64,000 nt of DNA from assembly GCA_973895155.1 (NCBI GenBank), contig OZ316893.1, positions 20,650,857 to 20,714,856 on the forward strand, read 5' to 3'. The notes beneath the pieces are model-generated. The model was not told the origin of the DNA and did not search any database. It saw nothing but the letters and a program-made list of their open reading frames with translations. This document shows, in pieces, positions 27,820-39,364 of this stretch; within the stretch, counting starts at the first letter, position 1; every line of letters begins with the position of its first letter. The translations under genes and the position numbers were made by a program. This stretch comes from Marsupella aquatica. Its lineage: Eukaryota > Plantae > Marchantiophyta.

Positions 27820-29085
27820 TCAAGAGCAAGCCATGGATTCTGGACAGGAAAGGACTTAACCCCCAACCAGGCCTCTCCAGTATCTTGTGGACACAACTAT
27901 GGACTCAGGACTTGACCAGACCTTGACCAGACCCTTCAGACGGTTGGTCGTTAGACATCCTAAAAGCACATTAACTGCGCACCAGTCATCATTGAGTCCG
28001 CCTCTACTACACAGGGCACCACTACCAACTCGGGGTGCAGCAAAACCTACAAAATGTTAATTTTTAATAAAACTTATTTTCTGGATGTAGACTAAATGGA
28101 TCCGGTTTGAGCTGTGATTGCTTGGGGTGATCCTATCCGGGTGTGATGTGATTGCTTGGGGTGATCCTATCCGGGTGTGATGTCTAAAGTTCAAACTACC
28201 TGGCTACTGAAAAATGTTGGGAGGTTGTTGACACCTCCATGCCAACACTCAATCCTATATCTTGAAATGTCATTATTCTACAAACTGCAATCTACAATTG
28301 TGCACTTTTCTTTAAACCACACCCTCAAGCGAACCTGCCAGTATGAAAATCCCATTCACTCCCTCACTACTCCTCAATGAGTGTCTTATGGTGAATGTGT
28401 CTTATCATAAAAGGTGGAGCACTTGCCAATAAAACATTTTGCACTCACCACCTTTTGTGGAGCTCAAGCTAGCCTGACGGTTGTGAACTTAACTTGTGCA
28501 CTTTATAATGACAACTAAGGGTAATTAACCCGGCAGGTAAACCATAGCTCTTCATAGGCACAAGTGTACTGTGGTTTAAGTACCTAAAGGAAAGTTTGAA
28601 CCTTCTTCCAATAAGGTGACAGTTTTTGAATGAAAAGTAAAAGTATTATGCTTTTGCAAAACAAAAAACTTAATAAAAGCTCCCCATTGTAGATTTTTGA
28701 GAGTAAAAGATTGAGTGTTAGAAGAGTCCAGAAACTCCCATGGATCTTTGTGCAGTAAGTAGCTTCAACTTAAGAAATCACACCGAACTATTTTTAGCTC
28801 AAACTTGATCCATTTAGTCATCCAATAGAATATTGAGTTTTATTAAAAATTAATATTTTGTAGGTTTTGTGTTTCCCCGAGTCCTCCGTAGTGGCACCCT
28901 GTGTAGTAGAGGCAGACCCAACATGACTATTGCAGTAGAGGCAGACCCAACATGACTATTGCGCAGTTACTGTGCATTTTGGATTTCTAGTAGCCAACCA
29001 CGGTCTGGTAAAGTCCCAAGTTATCTTTGTGGTCCATCAAGTACACGAGATGCTAAATGGGCCTGGTTAAGTCCTTTTGTGTCAG
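27820..29085. mobile_element. Non-autonomous long-TIR (foldback/Mutator-like) element
   Basis: 28000-28080 (gcctctactacacagggcaccactac..aaaacctacaaaatgttaatttttaataaaact) is the reverse complement of ~28835-28915. The outer match is aaaggacttaac..accaggcc / ggcctggttaagtccttt. Confidence 0.75.
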
Positions 29086-30758
29086 ATGAAACTGTAGCAC
29101 TTTAGTTTTCTACTAATGGCCTCCTGAATATGGAAACCCACTGTTGAATAGGGAGAAGATCACGTCTATTGCTTGGTATGTAGTCTCGAGATGAGTGGTG
29201 GTACTGCGAGAGGACTCAACTTCTACTACCAAGCCATATTCTTGAAGACCTAGAGTGGACTCTGAGGAATCTTATTCTTTTCAAAAACTGCCTCCAGTTC
29301 TGGTTTTGTTGGCCATATCCCCTGAGTGTATTCACGGGAGCTTTGCAAATGTGAACCATGGATGCTGGCGACTAGAAGTGTCTTCGATTCACCCCGAGAA
29401 TCTTTTATATGATTCTTTGCATTAGAACCGTCTACAGAAACCACATATGGTTGGCGTAATTCGCCTGCCACTTTTCAAGTGTTTGGTGAGATCCACAGTA
29501 GTCTTTGAATGCAAATCCTTTACAATTAACCATTACAACCATCACATACAATCCAAATATTGAGATGGCTATCACTGTATTATCTCAAATGTGCACAAAG
29601 AAATTTCACAGATCATGATGTCCGTCGTTTGAATTACATTAAGACTGAATGAGTTGACAACACATATCTACTGAAATCTTCTGATTCCCTTTTCTACCAA
29701 AGGCTAGCCAGCTCTCCAACACATCCATTCGAGGAACAACCCGGGGAAAAACCACTCCAGCTATGGATACAAATTTGATAGATACACGCGACCCTTTGGA
29801 TTAACCATTCTCCTTGGTTCACATGCATTGAATGTTGGTCGGTCAATGCAAACCCTTGAAATGTATCCCGGAGGGCTTGCTTGTAATTCCGCAGACGGCC
29901 TCTGAGAACTGGACTGTTCTCAACAGGAGTTCCAGAACTTTAGTATGATCCGTACTAAATAATCTACATTACAGAGAATCTGATTGTAGTCCTTATTTAA
30001 AACTGTCCTCTACAATTAACCATTACAATCCAAATATCAGTGAACAGATGCATAATCAGTTCCTAAATCAATTACAATTTAGTCGCTGTTGCGTTAGCTG
30101 ACGCATGAAGTGAATTATTCCTACCCAAATCCGTGGTGCTATTTCTTCAGTGTGCTGGTTGTCGCAGCGTCATTGTAAAACATGAGTACCCACAACATCA
30201 TTTAGCTCGCGAACTTGTGCACTGGATAACTCTCAAATCCCAGATCAATCCTCACAAAGGACCAAGCACTTTCTGCTTGAAAACAACCTCAGCAAATTGA
30301 GCGGACGGCAGCGAGCCAAAGCAAGGTACTTTATTCGGGTCGAGAGTTTTCGAAAATAGTCCTGGGAAGTAAGAAATAAAACTTGATAAAATCCACTGCC
30401 TCACAGTCAGAAACTGTATTAACCTCTTCTGTAATCCCCTAAATTCCATTCAATGGAGTAAATTCTCTAAATCTCTCATTTCAAGGTTAGTAGTGCACCG
30501 ACCACTCCTCTTAAATGCAGCAGATATAGTTTGGATCAATCAGTGTGCATAGCTGAGACCAATCAGTATCGTCCACAAAACTGTCAAGATCTCAGGCAGC
30601 CGTCCGGGCCCATCTGTGAGACTCAAATAGACTCCCACAGTAAACTGAGGGCGTGAGACACTAAAAATCTGAATTTTCTCTTCTTTTGAATTACGCAACG
30701 ACCTTTCCGAAACGAAAGAATTGTTGCCCAAAATTCTCCAGTTTTAGAAAAGTTGATC

Positions 30759-33656
30759 TCAGTTCAGAGCTGCTCTCGAGACAATTCCAGGGAAAGATGG
30801 GCGGATAGAGATCAATGGATCTCCGTAGCCAACAGACTCTGCAAATATTCACATCAGATGCGTGAGAATAGACATGCACAGGTTGGTGACCCACAATGTG
30901 CATGCTAAGCAAGAAAACTCTCAAAGCATTGCAAAGAGTGCCTCACCTCCATCTTCCCACAACACTTGGACGACTTCTCCAGAAACTTGAGCCTACACAA
31001 TGCAAATCAGGCGGCAGATAACGCGAGTAAGAATTTCTTTCACAGTTCAATATGTTGTTTGCCATGTCATGACCTATTTCATGGCTTGATTTCTTCTAAG
31101 GCCTCTCAGTCACTGATCTCTTTCATTTCATACTAATGTCCCATACTAAGTCTACGAAGAAAGTAATGCCATCCAGGGCTGGCGGAACAAAATAGCCAAT
31201 CATCAAACGCTTTGGTCATTCCTAAAGTACGATGCTCTACAGTTATACCTCTACTGGTTGTTGTGTCCCAAGCTGTTCCAAGTAGCCAACAACCTGACCT
31301 TCCTTGATTACGGCACCCTGCACGTCAGGCAATTGATTATTTTCATATGCGATAGCCTTTCAGAATCTACTAGGAATACAGAGGATGATTGTGCATTGAC
31401 CTACTAACTTCCTGAAGACCAATCAGACGACGCTAAGCGAAGGACGCCGGATAAGTATCTACCTCGTCCACAAGGGGCTTGCCAATCTTTCCTTTCACAT
31501 TGCGTCCTCGTCTAAAAACTCCAACCTGTGAAGCCATGTCAAACGGTCCAAAGGTGAAGGACTAAACAGGTACTGTATGATAAGAGCATACATACAAATT
31601 GGTAAAAAAAAATGAATGCTAACAGGAGGCTTACTAGACAATAGCTTTCCCATGGAATACAATCAAGTGAAGAAAGAACGAGATAAGCATTCACAACTTT
31701 ACCTTGGGAGATGTCACAAAGCTAAGGCCCTGATCAGCAGCCGCTTCCAGAAGACCAAAGAGGGATGCCGTCTTTGAGACAGTTGCTGGAAGCAGTGAGC
31801 TCGCATGGTTGTTAGACTTCGCAGGTGGTGCAGGACTAGGCACAGGTGCTGGAGGGGTGATCACTACGGACGCACCAGGAGCAAGAGGCGCAGGTGCTGC
31901 CTTTGCTTTTCCAACGTCTCTCTTCATATGGAGTGAGAAAGCTCCTACCTGTCCACTTTTAAATCAGTTCGATGAGCACACAAATACCTCGGAGTTCTTC
32001 CAGAAAGAGAAACGCAACTTAAAAACATTCTCTTGGAAGCCATCCAACTCTGCCAAGCAAATAGTTGAGTCCATAGTTTCTAGGCAGAACAGTAAAATAC
32101 CATTCGATCACAAGGCAAGCAAAACTGTTGCAGGACAGAAATCAAGGCAAACGAAAAAATATCTCACCTTCAATTTCAGCTCAGCAATTTTGGTGTCATC
32201 ACAAATCTCCTCAAGCAGCGACTGAACCTGCTCTAGCCATTGGAAGAGGATAAGTATCAGCAGAAATTATATACTGTCTCAAGGAGTCTTCGAATCTACT
32301 GTTTTTGGCAGGGTACTGCCAATAATTCGCAAATGCTCATTGGGATGCCATTATCGAAATTGTATCCATACAGAGAAACAAGGTGATCACGATCAAGATA
32401 ATAGTGACGCAGGGTTCCATCAGTGGTTACTGTACGGAATACAGAGCCAAATTTTCGGGAAAACTGGGCACCTGAAGTGTAGATGGAGTGAGAAAACTGG
32501 TTTCTTCCTCTGTCACTCCTGAATCTTCCTTGTCAAGGACAATTGCTGCATCAGAAATTCATGCCAGCTTTGGGTTATTTAAAATATTTCGACAGAAAAC
32601 TGATTACTGAAAGGTTCCCCTGATATTGACCCTGCCCCGCCCTCAATTCTTTCACCAGGACTCCAGATAGTACTTACAAATATACTGCAAGCTAACTGTC
32701 ACGCACCTAAATCCAAGTATATTAAGAGCACATACATCTAAAGCCAGGAACGGAAGGCTGCTCCTGAGGGATCAATCAGTCGTACAACTTGGCTTTTCAT
32801 GATTTGGCTGCTATCATCTTCTTTTCGGACCCCACACTCTTCCAATAGTCTAGCTATTTGTAAATTCAACACTTACCATCTGATGCAAGGCTCTTGCAAT
32901 TGACATGGAACGATCGCTGTGGCCGTTGGGGTGCTCTTCTTAAACGCGTAGAAAATGCCCTCAGATGTGCTGCAGAAGGACTAGCAATTCCCAACCTTGC
33001 TGAGGAATTTTGTGCAATCTCTTGCTTTACATTGCAGGCCTTGATCTGTGTTACTCCAGCCACTGCACATCAACAATTAGTCCCTTCGATTGGTAAGCGC
33101 ACCGCATTGTCAAATCCTCAGTCGTTTATATAAATAAGGGAGGACAGGTTTGTGGAACGTTGCGAGATGGGATTGCGAAATTGTGGGGACCGGACTATGA
33201 TATGGACGAGAAAAACGAGACGGCCAACAAGCATTCAATAAGAAGCACACTAGGGAACCGGCAGGCGGTGACCACAGCTACTGGCTGACCGGCCAGAGGT
33301 AAATGAAGAACCTCTAAGGCTAAATGTCAGAACAACGAACAACTCCGCCACAAAGTGCCCAGCTCCCCAGAAGAGCAGCAATTGACTGAGCACTCCCTTG
33401 AAAGGAAGAGAAACGAAGGGAAGGACTCAGTGGCGCCGTCACCCCCAACCCAAGTTCGCTCCCCCACCCATCCCAACCCGCCCACATGCACCTGTGGAAC
33501 AAATGAAGCTACCCAGCACCTGGAATGGAAGTGTCCCCGGAGTCTACAGTAGCTCCAAGGAAAGGTTTGGAACAAAATGCATCAAATCAGAAACAAAATG
33601 GATGATGTTCAGGGTGTACCAGGGAGGACTGAAGCCAATGCCGATACGGAAGCCAT
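30759..33656 (-). CDS. BADC: BADC / BCCP-like (non-biotinylated) subunit of plastid acetyl-CoA carboxylase, multi-exon
   Basis: The spliced peptide starts with a transit peptide (MASVSALASVPP-VAGVTQ). It continues VQSLLEEICDDTKIAELKLKVGAFSLHMKR, FVTSPKVGVFRRGRNVKGK, VIKEGQVVGYLEQLGTQQPVE (no EAMK lysine) and VSGEVVQVLWEDG. It ends VGYGDPLISIRPSFPGI...*. Confidence 0.85.
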
Positions 33657-34619
33657 CTCCACCTTTCTGCCTGCCTTTTCTGCCTGCTCCGCGGCTGCGT
33701 TCCTCCACAGATGATCCGATCACAGGGGCAGCAGAGAGAGGGGGAGAGAACTCAATCAATCAACCACCGTCTTCCACACTCGCCGGCGAGACTATACAAC
33801 CCCTCGCGCTCCCTCTACCTCAACCAAACCACCGATTTCAGCAACCCTTCGCCACTCTGCTCAACTCTGAATAGCTCGGAGAATCTCTTCGTAGTTAATT
33901 TCGAAGCTGTTGATGGATCCTCCACGAAAGGAGCAGCATTGGGGTCTCCGTAATAACAGTAGGGGCAAACTGCCATCCGCCAATTGGCCTTCCTCCTCTC
34001 TAATATAATAACAAATTGGAGTCGCCTCCTTCTTGGAACACTGCTGAACAGTAAAAGCGAGCTTTGTCAAGGTCCAAACTACACGGAGGGAATCAATCTC
34101 CTCTCGGTATCAGGTGGAGCAGAGGATTTGGAATTTGTCTTGGAACTCTGTGGCATAATCAAAACCTCCTCCTCCTCTTCGTATCATGTGGAGTAGAGAC
34201 TTTGGGATTTGTCTCGCAACAATGCATCATACTTCAGTCTTTAGCATCTTTTCAGGTCACCTACACCATAATCATGTTAGAGCTTGTAAGTACTTCGCCC
34301 TCCTTGGCTTTCACCTCCTTCATAGGGTTGAGGCCATTGGTTTTAGGGTCTCCCGGCAGGTTCGGCTTTGGGACCCTCCTTTGGGGTTTACTCCAAAGCT
34401 CTACCAGGTTTTTCAATTCTCCGTTCAGTAGGGTGTACGGCTCCTTTGTAGGTTACTTTTTTGTCTTTGTTCCTTGGTCGGCTTTTGGTTGGGGACCCTT
34501 GGCTTGTTTTTCTTGGGGCCCTTTCCCTCTTTTCCTCCCCTTCCGTGGGTTGCTTTTCTTTTGGGATCTTGTTTCCCGGTTGGCTTAATTTTTTAATTTT
34601 TTGCCCTTGGGCACTGTGA

Positions 34620-34962
34620 TGTTGAGCATAGATGACACTCGTAACGGTAAGCACATGACACATCCAACGCGCAAGTAGTCGACACAAGAGATATGTGGTT
34701 CACCTCCTCGAGGCTACGTCCACGGGAACACACAAGAGAGCTTTACTGAACTTTAAGCCCGCCGGCCATACCAAGTCTCCACAGTGTAAGCTCTCCTCAT
34801 CTCTCAAGTGGCTCCATAACAATGAGCCTAAGTTCCACTTATCCAAGCAAACACCGCTTGGCATATAGTGTGCATCCTAGTTAACCTAACCATGTCTCCA
34901 ACTATGGTTAGCCTAACTACGATTACATGTCGTAACCCTAGACCATGAGTAAATACCTAACA
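34620..34962 (+). mobile_element. Solo LTR, copy 2 (343 bp)
   Basis: It runs tgttgagc...cctaaca with a perfect 5 bp TSD tgtga at 34615-34619 and 34963-34967. Confidence 0.92.
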
Positions 34963-35006
34963 TGTGATATATACTTTGACACGTATATTCTAATTGACAT
35001 TACAAC

Positions 35007-35130
35007 GTTTTTAAGTACTTTGCCACTGGTTGTACCCTTTGGACTCAAGATTGGATGTTTTCTAAGTATTTTGCCACTGGTTGTACCCTTTGGACTCAAG
35101 ATTGGACGTTTTCTAAGTACTTTGCCACTC
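35007..35130. repeat. 51 bp subterminal tandem repeat (~2.5 copies)
   Basis: Units read gttttctaagtactttgccactggttgtaccctttggactcaagattgga. Confidence 0.9.
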
Positions 35131-35298
35131 TTAACAAGAAGCCTTAAATGATGAGTAACAAGCCCATACTTTAGGAACTCTAGCCAAAAAATCAGAAAAA
35201 CAATGAAAAGTCAGAAAAAGTGCCAAAATTAGCACCTATTTTAGAACAAAAATATGGAGCGAACAAAATGTGACATAAACTAGCTATGTTTTGACAGC

Positions 35299-38200
35299 CT
35301 AAAAATGACCAAATTCATCTGAAAATACATTCCACCAATAAATGACCTCAAATACAACACTATTATCTACAATGGTCTCACAATTACACGAGCTGTCTCT
35401 TGAACCAATAACTAAATCACCTCCAAAAGCCATTGTCATTTCCTCTTCTTTTCGTAGTTTAAGACTTCTGGTAAGTACTTGGCTTTCCAAGGATCTGACC
35501 CGGTTTTTGCAGCATGCCATAAAACATAAATCATTTTTGGAAAGTTGAACTCGTCGCGCTGGTCAATTCTTTCCACCTTGGCCACCCAAAATGTTTCCGA
35601 TTCTTTCTCCAGCAACAGAAATATAAGTGTTGACTTCAAGATCCGAAAAGTCTCCTTCCATATTCTCCTTCTCTGCATCTATCTTTCCTTGATTCCGATA
35701 AGGACCCACGTATATATCTCTGGTAGGTCCGTATACTCTCTCTTCAATTTCCTCTTCATTGACAAGGACTCTGGGAACTTCAGCAGCAACAGCAATCTCC
35801 CCTTGGGAACGTGGCCATTGAAAAGGGAAAATCAATGGTCTTTGATCAAGGAGCAAGGATTTATTCAATTCCCGCTACTCTTCAAAAAACATTCTCCACC
35901 AGTTCACTTCCTCTTCTGAGAATAAAGTTTCAACCGCAAGTATTCCCTTTTGAATCTCATTTAACAAATCATCCATCTCCTTCAAAGTCATTCTTGAAGA
36001 ACTAGACATATTTGGTTGAGTCCTTGTAACGTTCTTATCCCCCTTTTTGAAAAGGGGTAATCCGGGAGCACAACCCATCACCTTTCCTGGCTCCTCTTCC
36101 CGGCCTCAAATTTCATGCCTCTGTCAGGTTTCCAAGTTGAGTCCGTGGAAAACTTCTTCCCCCATTGGGTTGGAACTTGATCTTCCAACTTGTCAAGTGC
36201 AAATTTGTATTGGTGGTGGAAGGTAACATTTCGAATCCTTTCAATGACTAAAGGTGGATCTGAGAAGGCATATTGACGGAAATCATATGTTTCCTTTAAA
36301 AGAGTGATATTTGGTTGGGGTTGATATGATTCGCAAATAATATCACATAGGCTTTCGTATGTGAAAGCCTTAGACCTTGCTAGTCGTTTACAAAATCGAC
36401 TGAACATTTGATCTATTTGGTCGTGTGTGTGTCCAACCAACAAGAATCCTAGTTTGATTTTCCGAAAAACCTTTCTTCGAATTAACATATGAAGATAGGC
36501 AAAGAGTAAATTATTTTTATTTTCTCTACTGGTATTATCAAGTTGAAGATAGAGAACAGGTGGCAAGCCACCAGGCTTTTCTTCCCATTCGTGAAACACA
36601 CTTTGCAAGATTGTGACTATCAAGTTTCCATCATTATGCAATACAGGATAATTAAGAAATACTCTTGAAAATAGTGCACCATTGAAAACCAGGCATCCGA
36701 CAACGTGCATTTGGATCAAACATGTTTCGTCCACCGATTTTGGGGGACGCAGCCAATGAGGCAACCTTGTCTTCTTTTGATCCATCCCATCAATGACAAC
36801 TCCCAAATATTTATCAGGATTTGAAAAACATTTCTTACGATGCTTCGAGAGTTTCTCACGTTCTTTGGATTGTTGGTCTCTATATTTTTGTAACATAATC
36901 TCCCCTCGCCCTGGAAAAACAACTTGTTAGTTTCTTACTAGAAATCATGTGCTAAGCCATATTCTTGAAACAAAAAACTTGTCAAACTTGTAAGTAACTT
37001 ACTCTTTTTGGTCTCCGAGACAACTTTGTCCCAAATTGATTTGAACTCCTCGCAATCCGCGCAAGCACTGAATCGATTGACTGGAGGAATCTTCACATGA
37101 CCAAATTCTTGAACCCAAACTTTCAAGAATTGTCGATAGGATATTTTTGATGATTCATCAATCTTGGCATAGTTGGAATCGTAGATCTTCCATACCTCCA
37201 ACTTTGAATAATTATCCGGTAAATGTGAAACTTCTTTATTTGGCAATGTTTCCACGTGTGTCTCAAAAAATGACCTAAGCCAACTGACCAAGACTAATCT
37301 TTTAACAGATGGAGGGCGTCCAACTGGTTTAGAATATCCTAAGTCTTGGTTGTCTAATTTCACAATTCTATTTAATCTCTGATTGCCAACGCAAAATATA
37401 AGCTTGAAAGCTTTCCGACAAATACTCTTTAATTTGACCAAACGTGTAAGATATAGTCTGCCTCCCTCCTTCATTTTCGTCTCGCTTTATAAGCCACTAC
37501 AAAGATAAAGATAGATCTTGAGATTTCTGCCTCAAAAATTTAGAACGCGCCTCACGAATTTCTTTTGGAGATAGACTTAGGAGACAATGACTCTGACAAC
37601 AGTACTTACTATTTGTTTTCTTGATATCCTCCCTTTCAACTTTGTTTCACACAAAGTGGCATTGCTCATATGTTTGTAACGACTAGATGCCACTAGAACA
37701 TCATCATCCTCCTCACTCTCCAAAGACTCGCTATCATTCGATGATGAAATGGTCACCAACATTTTCTTCTGAACATCCCGAGATTCCAGACCTGCAGCCT
37801 TCGGAGATGGAGGCTCTTCCTTCACTCTATGCAGCCTTGGAATACCTGAGCGTATTTCAGAAATCCCTCCATTACCGTGTAAGGACCCTTTCAATATTTT
37901 CCTAGGGGCCCTCTCCACCAGGTTGGTTTCCCTATTTGAGTTTCCGTGACTTGATCCGCTCCCTGCCCCAACACCATGACTCCCAGGTAAAAATGAGGAA
38001 CGCACATTAGAATTCCTTTCTGGAATACTTTTCAATAACACTGGTCGTCTAGTTTCTTCCCTCATTCCCCTGTGAAATGTTTCCGACGTTGGCTTACCAA
38101 AGGTTTTACTTTTTGGCATTTGCTTCAGCCGCTAAACACTTTGGAGACTGCAAAAATCTCCGTCATTTGGCCCACTTAGTGCCTTCTTCGTCTTTCCAAA

Positions 38201-38583
38201 TCCAGTCTTCATGAATTCATGAGACCGTTTCCTAGACATCCCAATAGACATTGAACCTTCCACATTACTACCCAAATTGTCCTTTGTTGGTGACAAAGGA
38301 GACACAACTTGATGTCCAGGGGGACCGATACTCTTGCTGATACTCTCCAAGGAGTCAGAGGAGCTCCCTGACCTCTCCTTACCACCGACCAATGATTTCT
38401 TCCCACTAATTGCAAGTCGTAAAGGAGTACGTTTTAACTTGCTCATAGGGGTGGGGGTGGCATATCTAAAATAGTAGTTATTCTAGGGATATCTGGGCCA
38501 ACCACTGTGCAGGGGCCATCCGACAATGAAACATCATCAGAAACTCCATCTGAATAATCATCTGATTCGTAACATGCCGCCAT
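35299..38583 (-). pseudogene. DUF7869 / Sola-like DDD transposase, interrupted by stops and frameshifts, with at least one intron (~36913-36996)
   Basis: Catalytic-like motifs are VIDGMDQKKT, LQLDNTSRENKN and FLLVGHTHDQIDQMFS. Upstream motifs are CCQSHCL, ICRKAFKLIFCVG, SHLP..SKLEVW, F..VW..EFGHVKIP and CADC. There is an in-frame TAG at 38132-38134. Confidence 0.85.
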
Positions 38584-38659
38584 TGGAAAAACTAGTGCAA
38601 ATTGACAAGAAACTCAAAAAATCAATAAAATCTAACAAATCTCCTCAAAATAATGACCA

Positions 38660-39200
38660 AGAGTCATGAATAAACGAGCCTATTTATAGTTTTTCACGGA
38701 TTGTTGAGACTTCTTAACTTAAAAAATATCAGATATTCATGAAATTTATGAACTTTTTCTCGTTAATACCCCCAAATATTCATGAATAATTGGCCCAAAA
38801 ACATTGATTTATCATGATTTTGTGTTAATTTTACTAAGTCACGCCTGATCCGTGATTAGTATGTATAACCAAGTAACAGGGGGCAGCCCATTCATTTTCA
38901 CTCGATGTCATTTGGATTTCCTTTGTAAAAGAGTGAAAAAAAATCTCGCTGTCCAATTTTGTGCCGTTTTCAGCACTCATCGGCGACGTGTCGCGAGTTG
39001 TAGTGGTCGCGCTTCATTTCGACCCTATTTTAGGTAGTAATTTAGACCTTGGGTGATTTCTTCACATCACCCTCCCTCCGAACCCCATTTTCAATACCCT
39101 TCTGTATCTCCGAGGTGTACATGCAAAGAGGGAAGAGACTCCCTTCATGAATTCATGAAGGTCGGTGCGAGAGGGAGACTCCCTTCATGAATTCATGATA
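38660..39200. promoter_or_regulatory. Divergent promoter region with a cluster of TCATGA palindromes
   Basis: TCATGA starts at 38664, 38737, 38780, 38812, 39145, 39153, 39185 and 39193. A perfect 18 bp palindrome cttcatgaattcatgaag lies at 39143-39160 and is nearly repeated at 39183-39200. Confidence 0.65.
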
Positions 39201-39364
39201 GGAGTCCTGAGGTGGACGAGAGCGTTGTTAGATCCGTAAGGACACGGCTTTAGTAGCCATTTGTTGGCACATTCTTTGGTTCTGTGGCACTTTGCCTCGT
39301 AGGTTGGGGTTGAAGTGGACTGATTTTGTGGTATGTTTTCAGGTTTTAAAGATCAGGCGGAAAC

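Noticed and set aside
34064-34687. 174 aa hydrophobic ORF and its antisense ORF
   Set aside because: They overlap a dispersed repeat that partly resembles ~9700-9950 and ~55660-55760, and show no protein motif.
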